This document shows positions 17,874 through 26,070 of a stretch of 64,000 nucleotides of DNA, piece by piece. The stretch comes from a virus. Position 1 is the stretch's first letter. Each line of letters begins with the position of its first letter. Below the pieces are notes generated by a model. The model searched no databases and was not told where the DNA came from. It saw only the letters and a list, made by a program, of their open reading frames with translations. Where the stretch lies: positions 1 through 64,000 of the IMG/VR virus record IMGVR_UViG_3300007514_000005; one strand, given 5' to 3'. The position numbers and the translations under genes were made by a program.

Positions 17874-19688
17874 ATGAGTTATGTTTATTGGAAAGGCGGA
17901 ACAGGCGCTACAAAAAGCGACCCTTCTACACAGGCTAATTGGGTAGATTCTACGGGAACGCAAATAAGTAATACCACATGGAATAGTGGAGACCTTTCTG
18001 CACACGATATTATTTTTCAAATAGAAAAAAACATTGCTCCTACTGACCCCGTAGGTATTATCTTCGATGGTTCGCCTTCTTCTCATACTTGGAATACTTT
18101 AACGATTATCTATGATGATGATGCAAAATGGTATGAAATGTTGAAGTTTGAGAATAGCGCTACTACACTCATTCTAAGTGGTATGGATATTAGAAAGTCA
18201 CAGATGTTTAGTGCTACTGCGGCTTGCACAATCAAATTTACAGGCATTCCCCACTTCAATTCTATTCGTAGAGCAAAGGGTAGCACCACAGGAACAGTAG
18301 GTGGCGGTAATGATAACGCAGACCTATATATCAAATTAGTAGATGATAAGGACGAAGAAATTAACCTATTCACCTACCGCACACAAGATTATGCGGGAAC
18401 AGCGCTAAGTCAGAATTCATACACTACTGCCGGAATTTTTAAGGATAAGGCTAGTAGAGGTCATTTTACTTTCTTGTTTGAGCCACCTAATGATTCAATA
18501 CTTGTTTTAGACAATGGTATATATCCCAAAATGACTTTCGATTGCGCATCTACAAATACAGCAACGCTTTCTTTCGATGATATTCATACTTCATATAACC
18601 AATACTCTAATGCTTCCGAAGCAGTAGATATGCTTAAATTGACTGTTGATACAAGTTTTGATGTTAAACCGTCAGACCACAGTTTAAGGAATAAGAGAAA
18701 GCATATCAAATTAAGTAATGGGTATGCTCTCTCCTGCGCTACATTTGATATGGGATATGCTACACTAGAAATAACTCCCTCTACTGCAACAGAAGGCGAC
18801 CCCTCTTACTATATCCCTTCTTCCGATACTAACAGATTTGGCCCTACGGTCTCTTCTACACAAGCAATGGGTATGACCGTCAAATACACAAAACTAATCA
18901 TAGGCTCTCCTGTTAATGAAAAATACAAATTAACAATTGCAAATAACTGTATCGTCACCTGTGAAGAATTACATATCAAATCAGGGGGCAGACTATACGG
19001 GCCTACTTATGGAAGTAGTGATAGCGCCGAGATACATTGTTTATCAACACCTAAGATAGAAGGAGATTGGAATTTTTCTGAAATATCCACAGGTATATAT
19101 CGCGCTTCCGGCACAACCCCTACACTACCTGTAAGCATGGGGGGAACAGGACTTACAAGTATAGGAACGCAAGGGCAGGTTCTTGCGGTTAAATCAAACG
19201 GGCAGGGGCTTGAGTGGAGAGCAGATAGCACTATATCCAACACCTTTATTCTTGTAGGTGAAGAATCGGATAACTACATTTCTTCTAGTGCGGCGGCGGG
19301 TAATGCTAACGGGTATGTATTTTCTTTTGGTAATGGTGCGCAAAACAGCGATAAAAATAATTCGGGTAGTGATATAGGGGTTATACTTCCTGTGGCCTGC
19401 ACTTTATCAAGAGTAGATATTACCTTCGGCAACATAGGTAATAGAGCCGATTCTACTAACCAAACCATAACCGTGTATAAAAACGGAGCATCTACTACAA
19501 CAACATTACTCTATAATTCAAGCGGTTCAGGGAATGACCCTTTCAAGCGCAATTTCGCATCACTAAGCGGCAACGGTTTATCTTATGCCGCAGGTGATAC
19601 ATTCAATCTTAGGGCAACAGGGCTTAGCGGATACACAGAAACGCAGGTTGGCCCTGCAAGAATGACGGCATATTTCACGGTGAATTAA
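17874..19688 (+). CDS. Second fibre/spike protein
   Basis: LPVSMGGTG and GQVLAVKSNGQGLEW fibre motifs; followed by a chaperone. Confidence 0.7.
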   Translation: MSYVYWKGGTGATKSDPSTQANWVDSTGTQISNTTWNSGDLSAHDIIFQIEKNIAPTDPVGIIFDGSPSSHTWNTLTIIYDDDAKWYEMLKFENSATTLILSGMDIRKSQMFSATAACTIKFTGIPHFNSIRRAKGSTTGTVGGGNDNADLYIKLVDDKDEEINLFTYRTQDYAGTALSQNSYTTAGIFKDKASRGHFTFLFEPPNDSILVLDNGIYPKMTFDCASTNTATLSFDDIHTSYNQYSNASEAVDMLKLTVDTSFDVKPSDHSLRNKRKHIKLSNGYALSCATFDMGYATLEITPSTATEGDPSYYIPSSDTNRFGPTVSSTQAMGMTVKYTKLIIGSPVNEKYKLTIANNCIVTCEELHIKSGGRLYGPTYGSSDSAEIHCLSTPKIEGDWNFSEISTGIYRASGTTPTLPVSMGGTGLTSIGTQGQVLAVKSNGQGLEWRADSTISNTFILVGEESDNYISSSAAAGNANGYVFSFGNGAQNSDKNNSGSDIGVILPVACTLSRVDITFGNIGNRADSTNQTITVYKNGASTTTTLLYNSSGSGNDPFKRNFASLSGNGLSYAAGDTFNLRATGLSGYTETQVGPARMTAYFTVN

Positions 19689-19689
19689 A

Positions 19690-19950
19690 ATGAGTATGAG
19701 TAATGTAAGAAGTGTTAGACAATATATGCTTGAGGTATTCGTAGATTACTTTCAAAAGCCTTTGATATGGGCTGACCTATCGGCTACTGAACAGCAAGAT
19801 TTGAAGGATTATAGACAGGCTTTGCTTGATTGGCCCGCTACTATTGAGGGTATATTTGGTGACGACCCTATCATAAATCACGCAGAACATCAGCCCGCGC
19901 AACCTGCGTGGTTTGCTGATAAACACCCTATGGGTAGAATATATGAGTAG
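19690..19950 (+). CDS. Fibre assembly chaperone (paralog of 12753-13040)
   Basis: WADLSATEQQDLKDYRQALLDWP vs WDRLTEQQQTDLKAFRQTLRDAP. Confidence 0.75.
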   Translation: MSMSNVRSVRQYMLEVFVDYFQKPLIWADLSATEQQDLKDYRQALLDWPATIEGIFGDDPIINHAEHQPAQPAWFADKHPMGRIYE

Positions 19951-19964
19951 TCCTTAAATACAGT

Positions 19965-20213
19965 ATGGGGGGTGTGGGATACATGAGTGAGAGTGAAGGT
20001 GGCGAAGCCCCCGTAGAGATTGATACTGATGCTGTGCTAAGGATTGCCGCAGACCGTTTGGTTTGGATTAGGCTTCTTGAGAAGGCCGTGAATGATATTG
20101 ACGGTATAATGGTAGGCTTGAAAAACGACATAGCAGAAATTTCTTCATCCATGATGGCGCGTGACGGTGTAATCCCTCAAGAAGAGGTTATACCGGATGA
20201 CGAGCAAGAGTGA
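19965..20213 (+). CDS. Acidic coiled-coil hypothetical protein
   Basis: 82-aa ORF; likely start MSESE at 19983. Confidence 0.55.
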   Translation: MGGVGYMSESEGGEAPVEIDTDAVLRIAADRLVWIRLLEKAVNDIDGIMVGLKNDIAEISSSMMARDGVIPQEEVIPDDEQE

Positions 20214-20329
20214 TGATGAGGAAGGTCTAACGCTTGATGTAGGCGGTTGGTTAGGTTGGATACTAAGGAAAATAGGAATTTTAATCTAAGCACTATAACA
20301 AATGAGAATACAAGCGGAAATGTGATTAA

Positions 20330-20497
20330 ATGGTGGGAAGATTAGGAAAAATTGTGTATCAACCACCGGAAAAGTCTTTCACAAAGATAAACATTGAAGA
20401 AACACTACATGGCTACAAAATATATAGGGTGGGAGAAGATAGGCCATTTACAGTAATACCGCTCTCGGCAGTTAAACAGATAATATACGATAGGTGA
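20330..20497 (+). CDS. Small hypothetical protein (55 aa, not in track)
   Basis: MVGRLGKIVYQPPEKSF...VIPLSAVKQIIYDR; stop overlaps the next start. Confidence 0.65.
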   Translation: MVGRLGKIVYQPPEKSFTKINIEETLHGYKIYRVGEDRPFTVIPLSAVKQIIYDR

Positions 20498-20907
20498 ATA
20501 AAATGACGGAAAATAATACAACGGGTCAAATAGAACCCGCAGAAATATGCTATAATGCACTAAACGAGACTGTGGCTTGCGTAAGTGAGTCGGCCTCTAT
20601 CTTTGATGATATAGAAGTAATCCTTCTTTCAATAGGTGTCCTTCTAGGTATTGCGGCATGGGCCAAGCAGAAGTATGCTTCTATGATGGCCGATGGTAAG
20701 ATAACCCTTGATGAATTAACAGACTCAATAGGCGAGGCTAAGGAGAAGGCCGCAGAAGCAGAAGAAGCAATCAAGGACATAGAGACTACTCTTGAATCCC
20801 ATAATGTGACTGAATTGAAGGCAATGCTCAAGGAAGCAGGACTGTCCGTAAAGGGTAAGAAAGCAGACCTTATTGCCCGCCTTGAAGCACATAAGGGTGG
20901 AGAGTAG
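20494..20907 (+). CDS. Membrane protein with C-terminal SAP DNA-binding domain
   Basis: Single TM (VILLSIGVLLGIAAW), coiled coil, VTELKAMLKEAGLSVKGKKADLIARL matches SAP consensus. Confidence 0.8.
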   Translation: MNKMTENNTTGQIEPAEICYNALNETVACVSESASIFDDIEVILLSIGVLLGIAAWAKQKYASMMADGKITLDELTDSIGEAKEKAAEAEEAIKDIETTLESHNVTELKAMLKEAGLSVKGKKADLIARLEAHKGGE

Positions 20908-21152
20908 TGTCCGAAGATAGCGTAATCAGTCTTAGACTAGATAACTTGGAAAGCACTTCCGAGAGACACGAGAGATTGATAGAACAATTGATTCAATCCC
21001 AAGTGGATATGAAAACGGGTCTAGCAAAGGTCGCTACCGAGTTAGAGATTACTAATGGTCTTATTTCCACATATATGGGTAATATGCAACGCATCACTTT
21101 TGCTCTCATTGCTATCGTAGCAGGTGCTATGGGTATTTCCACGCAGATGTGA
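20907..21152 (+). CDS. Coiled-coil + C-terminal TM protein (XhlA/holin-like)
   Basis: Heptad N-terminus and ITFALIAIVAGAMGI TM. Confidence 0.6.
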   Translation: MSEDSVISLRLDNLESTSERHERLIEQLIQSQVDMKTGLAKVATELEITNGLISTYMGNMQRITFALIAIVAGAMGISTQM

Positions 21153-21156
21153 TATT

Positions 21157-21324
21157 ATGCAGGCTAATGATTGGGCAACATGGTGTAATGATGTTGTTTT
21201 ACGCCTTACAAATGTTGAAAAGACACTTAAGGCATATCACAAGACGCAGAAGCGTATGCTTTACATGATAGCGATAGGGTTTGTGACGGTGTTAGGAAAT
21301 GGGTTATTATTGTTCTACAAGTGA
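21157..21324 (+). CDS. Coiled-coil + C-terminal TM microprotein
   Basis: MQANDW...MLYMIAIGFVTVLGNGLLLFYK. Confidence 0.55.
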   Translation: MQANDWATWCNDVVLRLTNVEKTLKAYHKTQKRMLYMIAIGFVTVLGNGLLLFYK

Positions 21325-21826
21325 TGTTGGCTCAAGATTGGGTCTTAACAACGCACAACGAGCACAGGCTTCTACTAAACTCACATTGGCTATGAAGAGA
21401 GCCACCATAGAGATAGACCAAGAATTTAGAGACTATGGTAGAGCCGCCCCAAGCGGTGAGATGGGCAATAGCACGCTTAGCAGTCCTATACTAGCAGGGG
21501 CAGTATCTATTCCTGTTGCGAGCAATAGCGGCTTCGGAACAACAGGAGAAGGTAGTATTGATGGCGATTCGTTTTCATGGACGGGCAAAGGCAGTAATAC
21601 TCTAACAGGTTGCACGGGAATAAATGTATCTCATGCGGCAGGTGTCGTAGTTAGGGGCGGAGAGATGGCCCACATACTTACAGAAATTTGCGCTGACCTT
21701 GCGGCGGCTTACTTTATGGAAGATGAGGCCGGAACGGTCTCTAACGAAGGCAAGGGTGGAGCGCATTTGCGCGAAAGAGGCACTACAAACCTAAAGAGGC
21801 TTGCCCATTTGGGGTTAGTTAATTAG
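21299..21826 (+). CDS. Head-tail connector-like protein with beta insertion
   Basis: YCSTSDV...ATIEIDQEF...LTEICADLAAAY pattern of gp36/gp6-like adaptors. Confidence 0.6.
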   Translation: MGYYCSTSDVGSRLGLNNAQRAQASTKLTLAMKRATIEIDQEFRDYGRAAPSGEMGNSTLSSPILAGAVSIPVASNSGFGTTGEGSIDGDSFSWTGKGSNTLTGCTGINVSHAAGVVVRGGEMAHILTEICADLAAAYFMEDEAGTVSNEGKGGAHLRERGTTNLKRLAHLGLVN

Positions 21827-21834
21827 GTGATGGT

Positions 21835-22458
21835 ATGGTTAGAACACAGGCAGAAGCAGGCAAGGTATTGGATAAGAATACCAAAGACTTGTTCAACGAA
21901 TTTTTTGACGATGCTAAGAAAATAGTAAAGAAAACCCTTAACGAGATAGGTAAGAGAGAGCGTGATAACACGCGGGATAGATTGAGAGGTGGCGACACAC
22001 TTGCTCGTTTAGTAGGGAAATCAAAAAGAGGGGTAGATTGGCGCATAAAAATGAGCGGCAATAAGAATGATTATGGAACAATAGAGTTTGGTAATATACT
22101 TGGGCCTGTGCAAGAATCACCATTTGTAGCACGCAGGGCATCAAAGTTAGACAACATTGCGGCAGTTTTGGAATTTGGTGCATCAAACTTCGCCCCTATT
22201 GGAAGCGGGCCGGACGGAACAACAAAAGAGCAAGAGGCTAGGGGGTTCGTCTTTGGAAACAACATAAAAAATATAAAACCCTATGACTTTAGCAAGGTTC
22301 TCAAAATAGGGTTAGTTATGCCCGATATACCACCTAACACCGATTACTTAGAAACAGCACAAGAAAATATACTAGAGCAAATGGAATTGCGAATCCCTGC
22401 CGCGTTAGACAAGGCTTTTAGAAACACAGACAAACCAAATAGGGGGAAGACAAGATGA
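21835..22458 (+). CDS. Putative neck/tail completion protein
   Basis: AAVLEFGA and DYLETA motifs resemble HK97 gp10-like proteins; position. Confidence 0.5.
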   Translation: MVRTQAEAGKVLDKNTKDLFNEFFDDAKKIVKKTLNEIGKRERDNTRDRLRGGDTLARLVGKSKRGVDWRIKMSGNKNDYGTIEFGNILGPVQESPFVARRASKLDNIAAVLEFGASNFAPIGSGPDGTTKEQEARGFVFGNNIKNIKPYDFSKVLKIGLVMPDIPPNTDYLETAQENILEQMELRIPAALDKAFRNTDKPNRGKTR

Positions 22459-23516
22459 GTATAGCCACTAAGAATGAGTATTGGAATGCTCGTATGACGG
22501 GCGCAGACCCCGCAAATCCGGGTGGAAATAGCAATGACGCTTGGGCAGGCGGTAGCGGTTCAGCAAGCGGTGGAGATTGGGTAATAACTAACGGCCAATG
22601 GGCTATAACACCGGACGCTTCTGACCTATCTTACACTATATTGGCGTGCTTTTCCTATACCACAGCACCGTCTAACGGCGCTGTTTTACTTTCCCTTGAT
22701 AATGGAACACATAAGGTTGAAGTGCAGTCTGACGGCACTACTACGGGCCTGAAAGTAGTAGGTTCTTCAACCAAAACCTTGTCCGACCTTGACTTAGATG
22801 TATCAGAAGACGACTCCGTTCCTGTAATGGTGAGATTAACCCTTGAAAATGGGGGCGCAGTTAAGTGTTATCGCTACGAAATAGAGGAAGATGATGACGC
22901 AAACACAGATTATCTCAGTTTAACAGGTGCAACGGGTTCTTCTCGTGCAGTAAAGTGGGGTAATACAAGCGGTAATGTAAAGTGGTCGTCTGTTTATTAC
23001 TCAAAATTTGGAGCATACGGGCCAAAAGAGTTAATCCCTTCCTCTTTCGCACAAGATATTCATGTTAGAATGGGGTTAGCAATCATAGAACACCTTAGAG
23101 ATAGTGTAAAACCATACTTGAAAACACAGGTAAATGATGCAAACATAGTCTATGCTTACGATATATCACCAAGTAAAACGAGAACAATGAGCACTCCGTT
23201 TATTCATATTCATATAGCCGACATAACTTCGCCGGACTTTGACGCTTTGGGCGGCTCTTCAATAGAACAACACTACGATGTAGAGGTATATGTGACTACA
23301 AGGGGTAGTAATTATGAGAATGCGTATATGTATGGTCTCAATATCTTGGGTGAAATTTTCGATGAACTATATACATCTACGGGTCTTAGCGGCACTACCG
23401 ATAGTTTAGTGGGGCATCAATGTAAATTAGACACGCGCTTGGACGATGACGAGATTATTTGCACCCACCAATTAACGATGACTTACAGGCGCAGAATCAA
23501 GATGACGAGGCGTTAA
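22455..23516 (+). CDS. Tail terminator-like protein with N-terminal beta-sandwich
   Basis: C-terminal PFIHI...YDVEVYV region; directly upstream of the tail tube. Confidence 0.5.
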   Translation: MSIATKNEYWNARMTGADPANPGGNSNDAWAGGSGSASGGDWVITNGQWAITPDASDLSYTILACFSYTTAPSNGAVLLSLDNGTHKVEVQSDGTTTGLKVVGSSTKTLSDLDLDVSEDDSVPVMVRLTLENGGAVKCYRYEIEEDDDANTDYLSLTGATGSSRAVKWGNTSGNVKWSSVYYSKFGAYGPKELIPSSFAQDIHVRMGLAIIEHLRDSVKPYLKTQVNDANIVYAYDISPSKTRTMSTPFIHIHIADITSPDFDALGGSSIEQHYDVEVYVTTRGSNYENAYMYGLNILGEIFDELYTSTGLSGTTDSLVGHQCKLDTRLDDDEIICTHQLTMTYRRRIKMTRR

Positions 23517-23569
23517 TGCGTATATTTATAGGACACTTAGCGCCTTACTGAACATATAGAGGAATCTAA

Positions 23570-25177
23570 ATGGGCGTAGAATGGCTAAACAGATATGTCG
23601 CTCTTGAAAAAGAAGACACATACGGAGTAGAACCCGGAACGGTATCAAAAATAACACATACAGGTGGCGGAGCAGGATATACTGCTAACGACACAGGAAC
23701 ATGGACACTTACTTCCGCAGAAGGCGGTAGTGGTGCAAGCGGCACGGTCACTTGCGTTGGTGGAACATCAACAAGCATTACATCTTTCACCGTCTTAGAA
23801 GGTGGAAGTGGTTATTCGGACGATGATAATTTCACCCTAACAATAACAGGTTTGGACGGTGGTGGAAGCGCCCCAACAGGAGTCACCTATGCTATCGGCG
23901 GACAGCCGGAAAGCACAGACGGAAAAACCGATGGAACAAATGACGCTAACGGTATTATCTACGGAGAAGTAGATGACGAATCCATGAAGCAGACTTTTGA
24001 ATTGCTTACTCGCTCAGACATGAGCCGACAGGTTGCTTCAAAGGCTGTGACTAACACTCAGTATGGTGAAGGTTCGATTAACCTTGCTATTCAGCCTGAT
24101 GATTTTATGGGGAACATTCTATACGCTTTCCTACCCGTTGAAGAAATCGGAACAAAGTGCCTACGCTCAGTAGCGGTAGGCGCGACAGGTGGTGGTGGAA
24201 CAACAGGTTCTTACATTCTTGAAGTCACCGCCGCAACAACCGCAACAGAAAAGGCTTGGGTCGCAATTAAGACCGCAGGTAGCGGTATTGCGAGCGCTAA
24301 CATAGTAAATCCGGGTAAGGGGCTTACAGGCTCTCTATCAGTAGTGTCTTTTACCACAGACAAGGATGGTAAGGCTACCGGAATTACAGGAAGCCCCGCT
24401 CTTACTTTGAACTATGGTGCTGATGAGGAAGTCCATGTTTTCAATGAGCCTACTCTAAGCACACACGCTTACCCTTCATACACTATGAGGGTTGGACGAG
24501 AAGGTAAGGAACACACATTCACAGGTATGGTTGCTACCAAACTTGGTATAAGCGCTAACCTAAACGAGTATGTGATGGCTTCCGTTGATTGGGTCGGTAA
24601 GAATGAAGAAGCACCTAGCACTCTTCAAACCAATGTTCCATTCGCAGGTCTTAACACAGACGCTCTACACTTTGCTGACGCTGAGGTTTATTTCAGCGAC
24701 AACACAAACAAGACCATTAAGGTTCAGCAAATCTCTTTTGAGATAAACATTAACCGAGACAACGACTCAGCCTACGCTGTTGGGAACAGGTCTTTTACTC
24801 GTGCTCCACCTACCCGAACAAGGGAGATTACAGGAACACTTGAGTTTAACGAAGTAATCCACACTACTACTACTGCTGAGCCTACTTACTCAGAATTAAC
24901 AGGGTCAAGTGTCCATATCCTACAACCGGACTTGGGTGCGGGTGCTATCCGTGTTAGATTCAAGAATGAGGCAGGAACAGAATACCTTGAGTTTGAATTC
25001 TACAATGTAAGGTTTGAAGCCCCCGAAGCATCGGTTAGTGGTCGAGACCCTAACAGAATGAGTGTGGGCTTCCAAGCATTCTACGATGCAAAGCAAGGTG
25101 GCGCTCAGAAGTCTATACAGGCTGTATTGAGCGGTGCGGCAGGCGGCGCTGTGCAATCAACCGCTTACAGCGCATGA
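23570..25177 (+). CDS. Major tail tube protein with Gly-rich insertions
   Basis: YVALEKEDTYG start, PSYTMRVG, FTGMVATKLGIS, REITGTLEF motifs; strong SD. Confidence 0.8.
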   Translation: MGVEWLNRYVALEKEDTYGVEPGTVSKITHTGGGAGYTANDTGTWTLTSAEGGSGASGTVTCVGGTSTSITSFTVLEGGSGYSDDDNFTLTITGLDGGGSAPTGVTYAIGGQPESTDGKTDGTNDANGIIYGEVDDESMKQTFELLTRSDMSRQVASKAVTNTQYGEGSINLAIQPDDFMGNILYAFLPVEEIGTKCLRSVAVGATGGGGTTGSYILEVTAATTATEKAWVAIKTAGSGIASANIVNPGKGLTGSLSVVSFTTDKDGKATGITGSPALTLNYGADEEVHVFNEPTLSTHAYPSYTMRVGREGKEHTFTGMVATKLGISANLNEYVMASVDWVGKNEEAPSTLQTNVPFAGLNTDALHFADAEVYFSDNTNKTIKVQQISFEININRDNDSAYAVGNRSFTRAPPTRTREITGTLEFNEVIHTTTTAEPTYSELTGSSVHILQPDLGAGAIRVRFKNEAGTEYLEFEFYNVRFEAPEASVSGRDPNRMSVGFQAFYDAKQGGAQKSIQAVLSGAAGGAVQSTAYSA

Positions 25178-25187
25178 GGTGTTTTTA

Positions 25188-25292
25188 ATGGGTAAAACAA
25201 CCATTGTAATGTTTGATAAGGACGGTAAGCCAATTACCCCAAAGAAGTCGGCGAGTAAGGCTGAATCAAAGAAGTCGGACGAAAATGAGTGA
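25188..25292 (+). CDS. Lys-rich microprotein (34 aa, not in track)
   Basis: MGKTTIVMFDKDGKPITPKKSASKAESKKSDENE with GAGGTG SD. Confidence 0.5.
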   Translation: MGKTTIVMFDKDGKPITPKKSASKAESKKSDENE

Positions 25293-25405
25293 AAACGACA
25301 AAACCTTTACAAACTCTATTGGGGTTTGGGAGATACAGAAGGACGGCACGGTTCGTCTGATTAGAGAGGCCGAAGTGCCGAAAGAGCGAAAGAGAGTGAA
25401 AAAAT

Positions 25406-25762
25406 ATGCCCGTAGCGGAGAAAGAATTAGAACTAGATGATGGAACGAAGATACTTGTTAGGCAAGCATCGGGTCGAAAGAAATTGAAGATTGAGGCTAT
25501 ACAAGCAAGAATCTTCCGTCAATTCAGACATTACGGTAGCCCCGAAGATTGGACTATCGAACAGCACGAAGAGTTTGCTGATGCTTTGGATGAGGCGGGC
25601 GGCGGTATAGAAGCCCAAGTAGAGGCTTGGTTGCCCGATTGTATTCTAACAGAAGGTGTTGATTTAGACGACCTTACTACTATGGAGATAATGACCCTAC
25701 TTAATTGGGTTAGAGGCGACACAGAAGAGGCCGCCATCCCTTTGGAATCTTTGCAAGAGTAG
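25406..25762 (+). CDS. Tail assembly chaperone (gpG-like)
   Basis: Between tube and TMP; ends with slippery C-CCT-TTG. Confidence 0.75.
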   Translation: MPVAEKELELDDGTKILVRQASGRKKLKIEAIQARIFRQFRHYGSPEDWTIEQHEEFADALDEAGGGIEAQVEAWLPDCILTEGVDLDDLTTMEIMTLLNWVRGDTEEAAIPLESLQE

Positions 25763-26070
25763 CGCCGTCTCTTTGCATGGCGTTTAAGGGCGTCTTACCC
25801 TCAGATTTGTGGGATAAATATGACCGAGAGGACGGGTTCGACCGTCTTATGTTAGACATTGAAATAGCCAATGAGATTAACGACTTGGTTAAAGAGGCAC
25901 ACGCTTCTTCTAGTAAGGGTGCTGATGCGAATGCGGCTAGGGGAGCAGTATCACGAAGAAATCAACGCAGAAAAGCACGAGAGACATATTTAAGCAACAC
26001 TAATGACTTCTTTGATACCGTAGAGAAAGCAGGCTTGCCTGTGACGAGAGTAGGTGGAGAGGATGATTAG
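25738..26070 (+). CDS. -1 frameshift extension of tail chaperone (gpGT-like)
   Basis: Heptamer CCCTTTG at 25738-25744; the -1 frame reads PFGIFARVAPSLC openly into MAFKGVLP (ORF 25777-26070). Confidence 0.75.
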   Translation, partial: PFGIFARVAPSLCMAFKGVLPSDLWDKYDREDGFDRLMLDIEIANEINDLVKEAHASSSKGADANAARGAVSRRNQRRKARETYLSNTNDFFDTVEKAGLPVTRVGGEDD

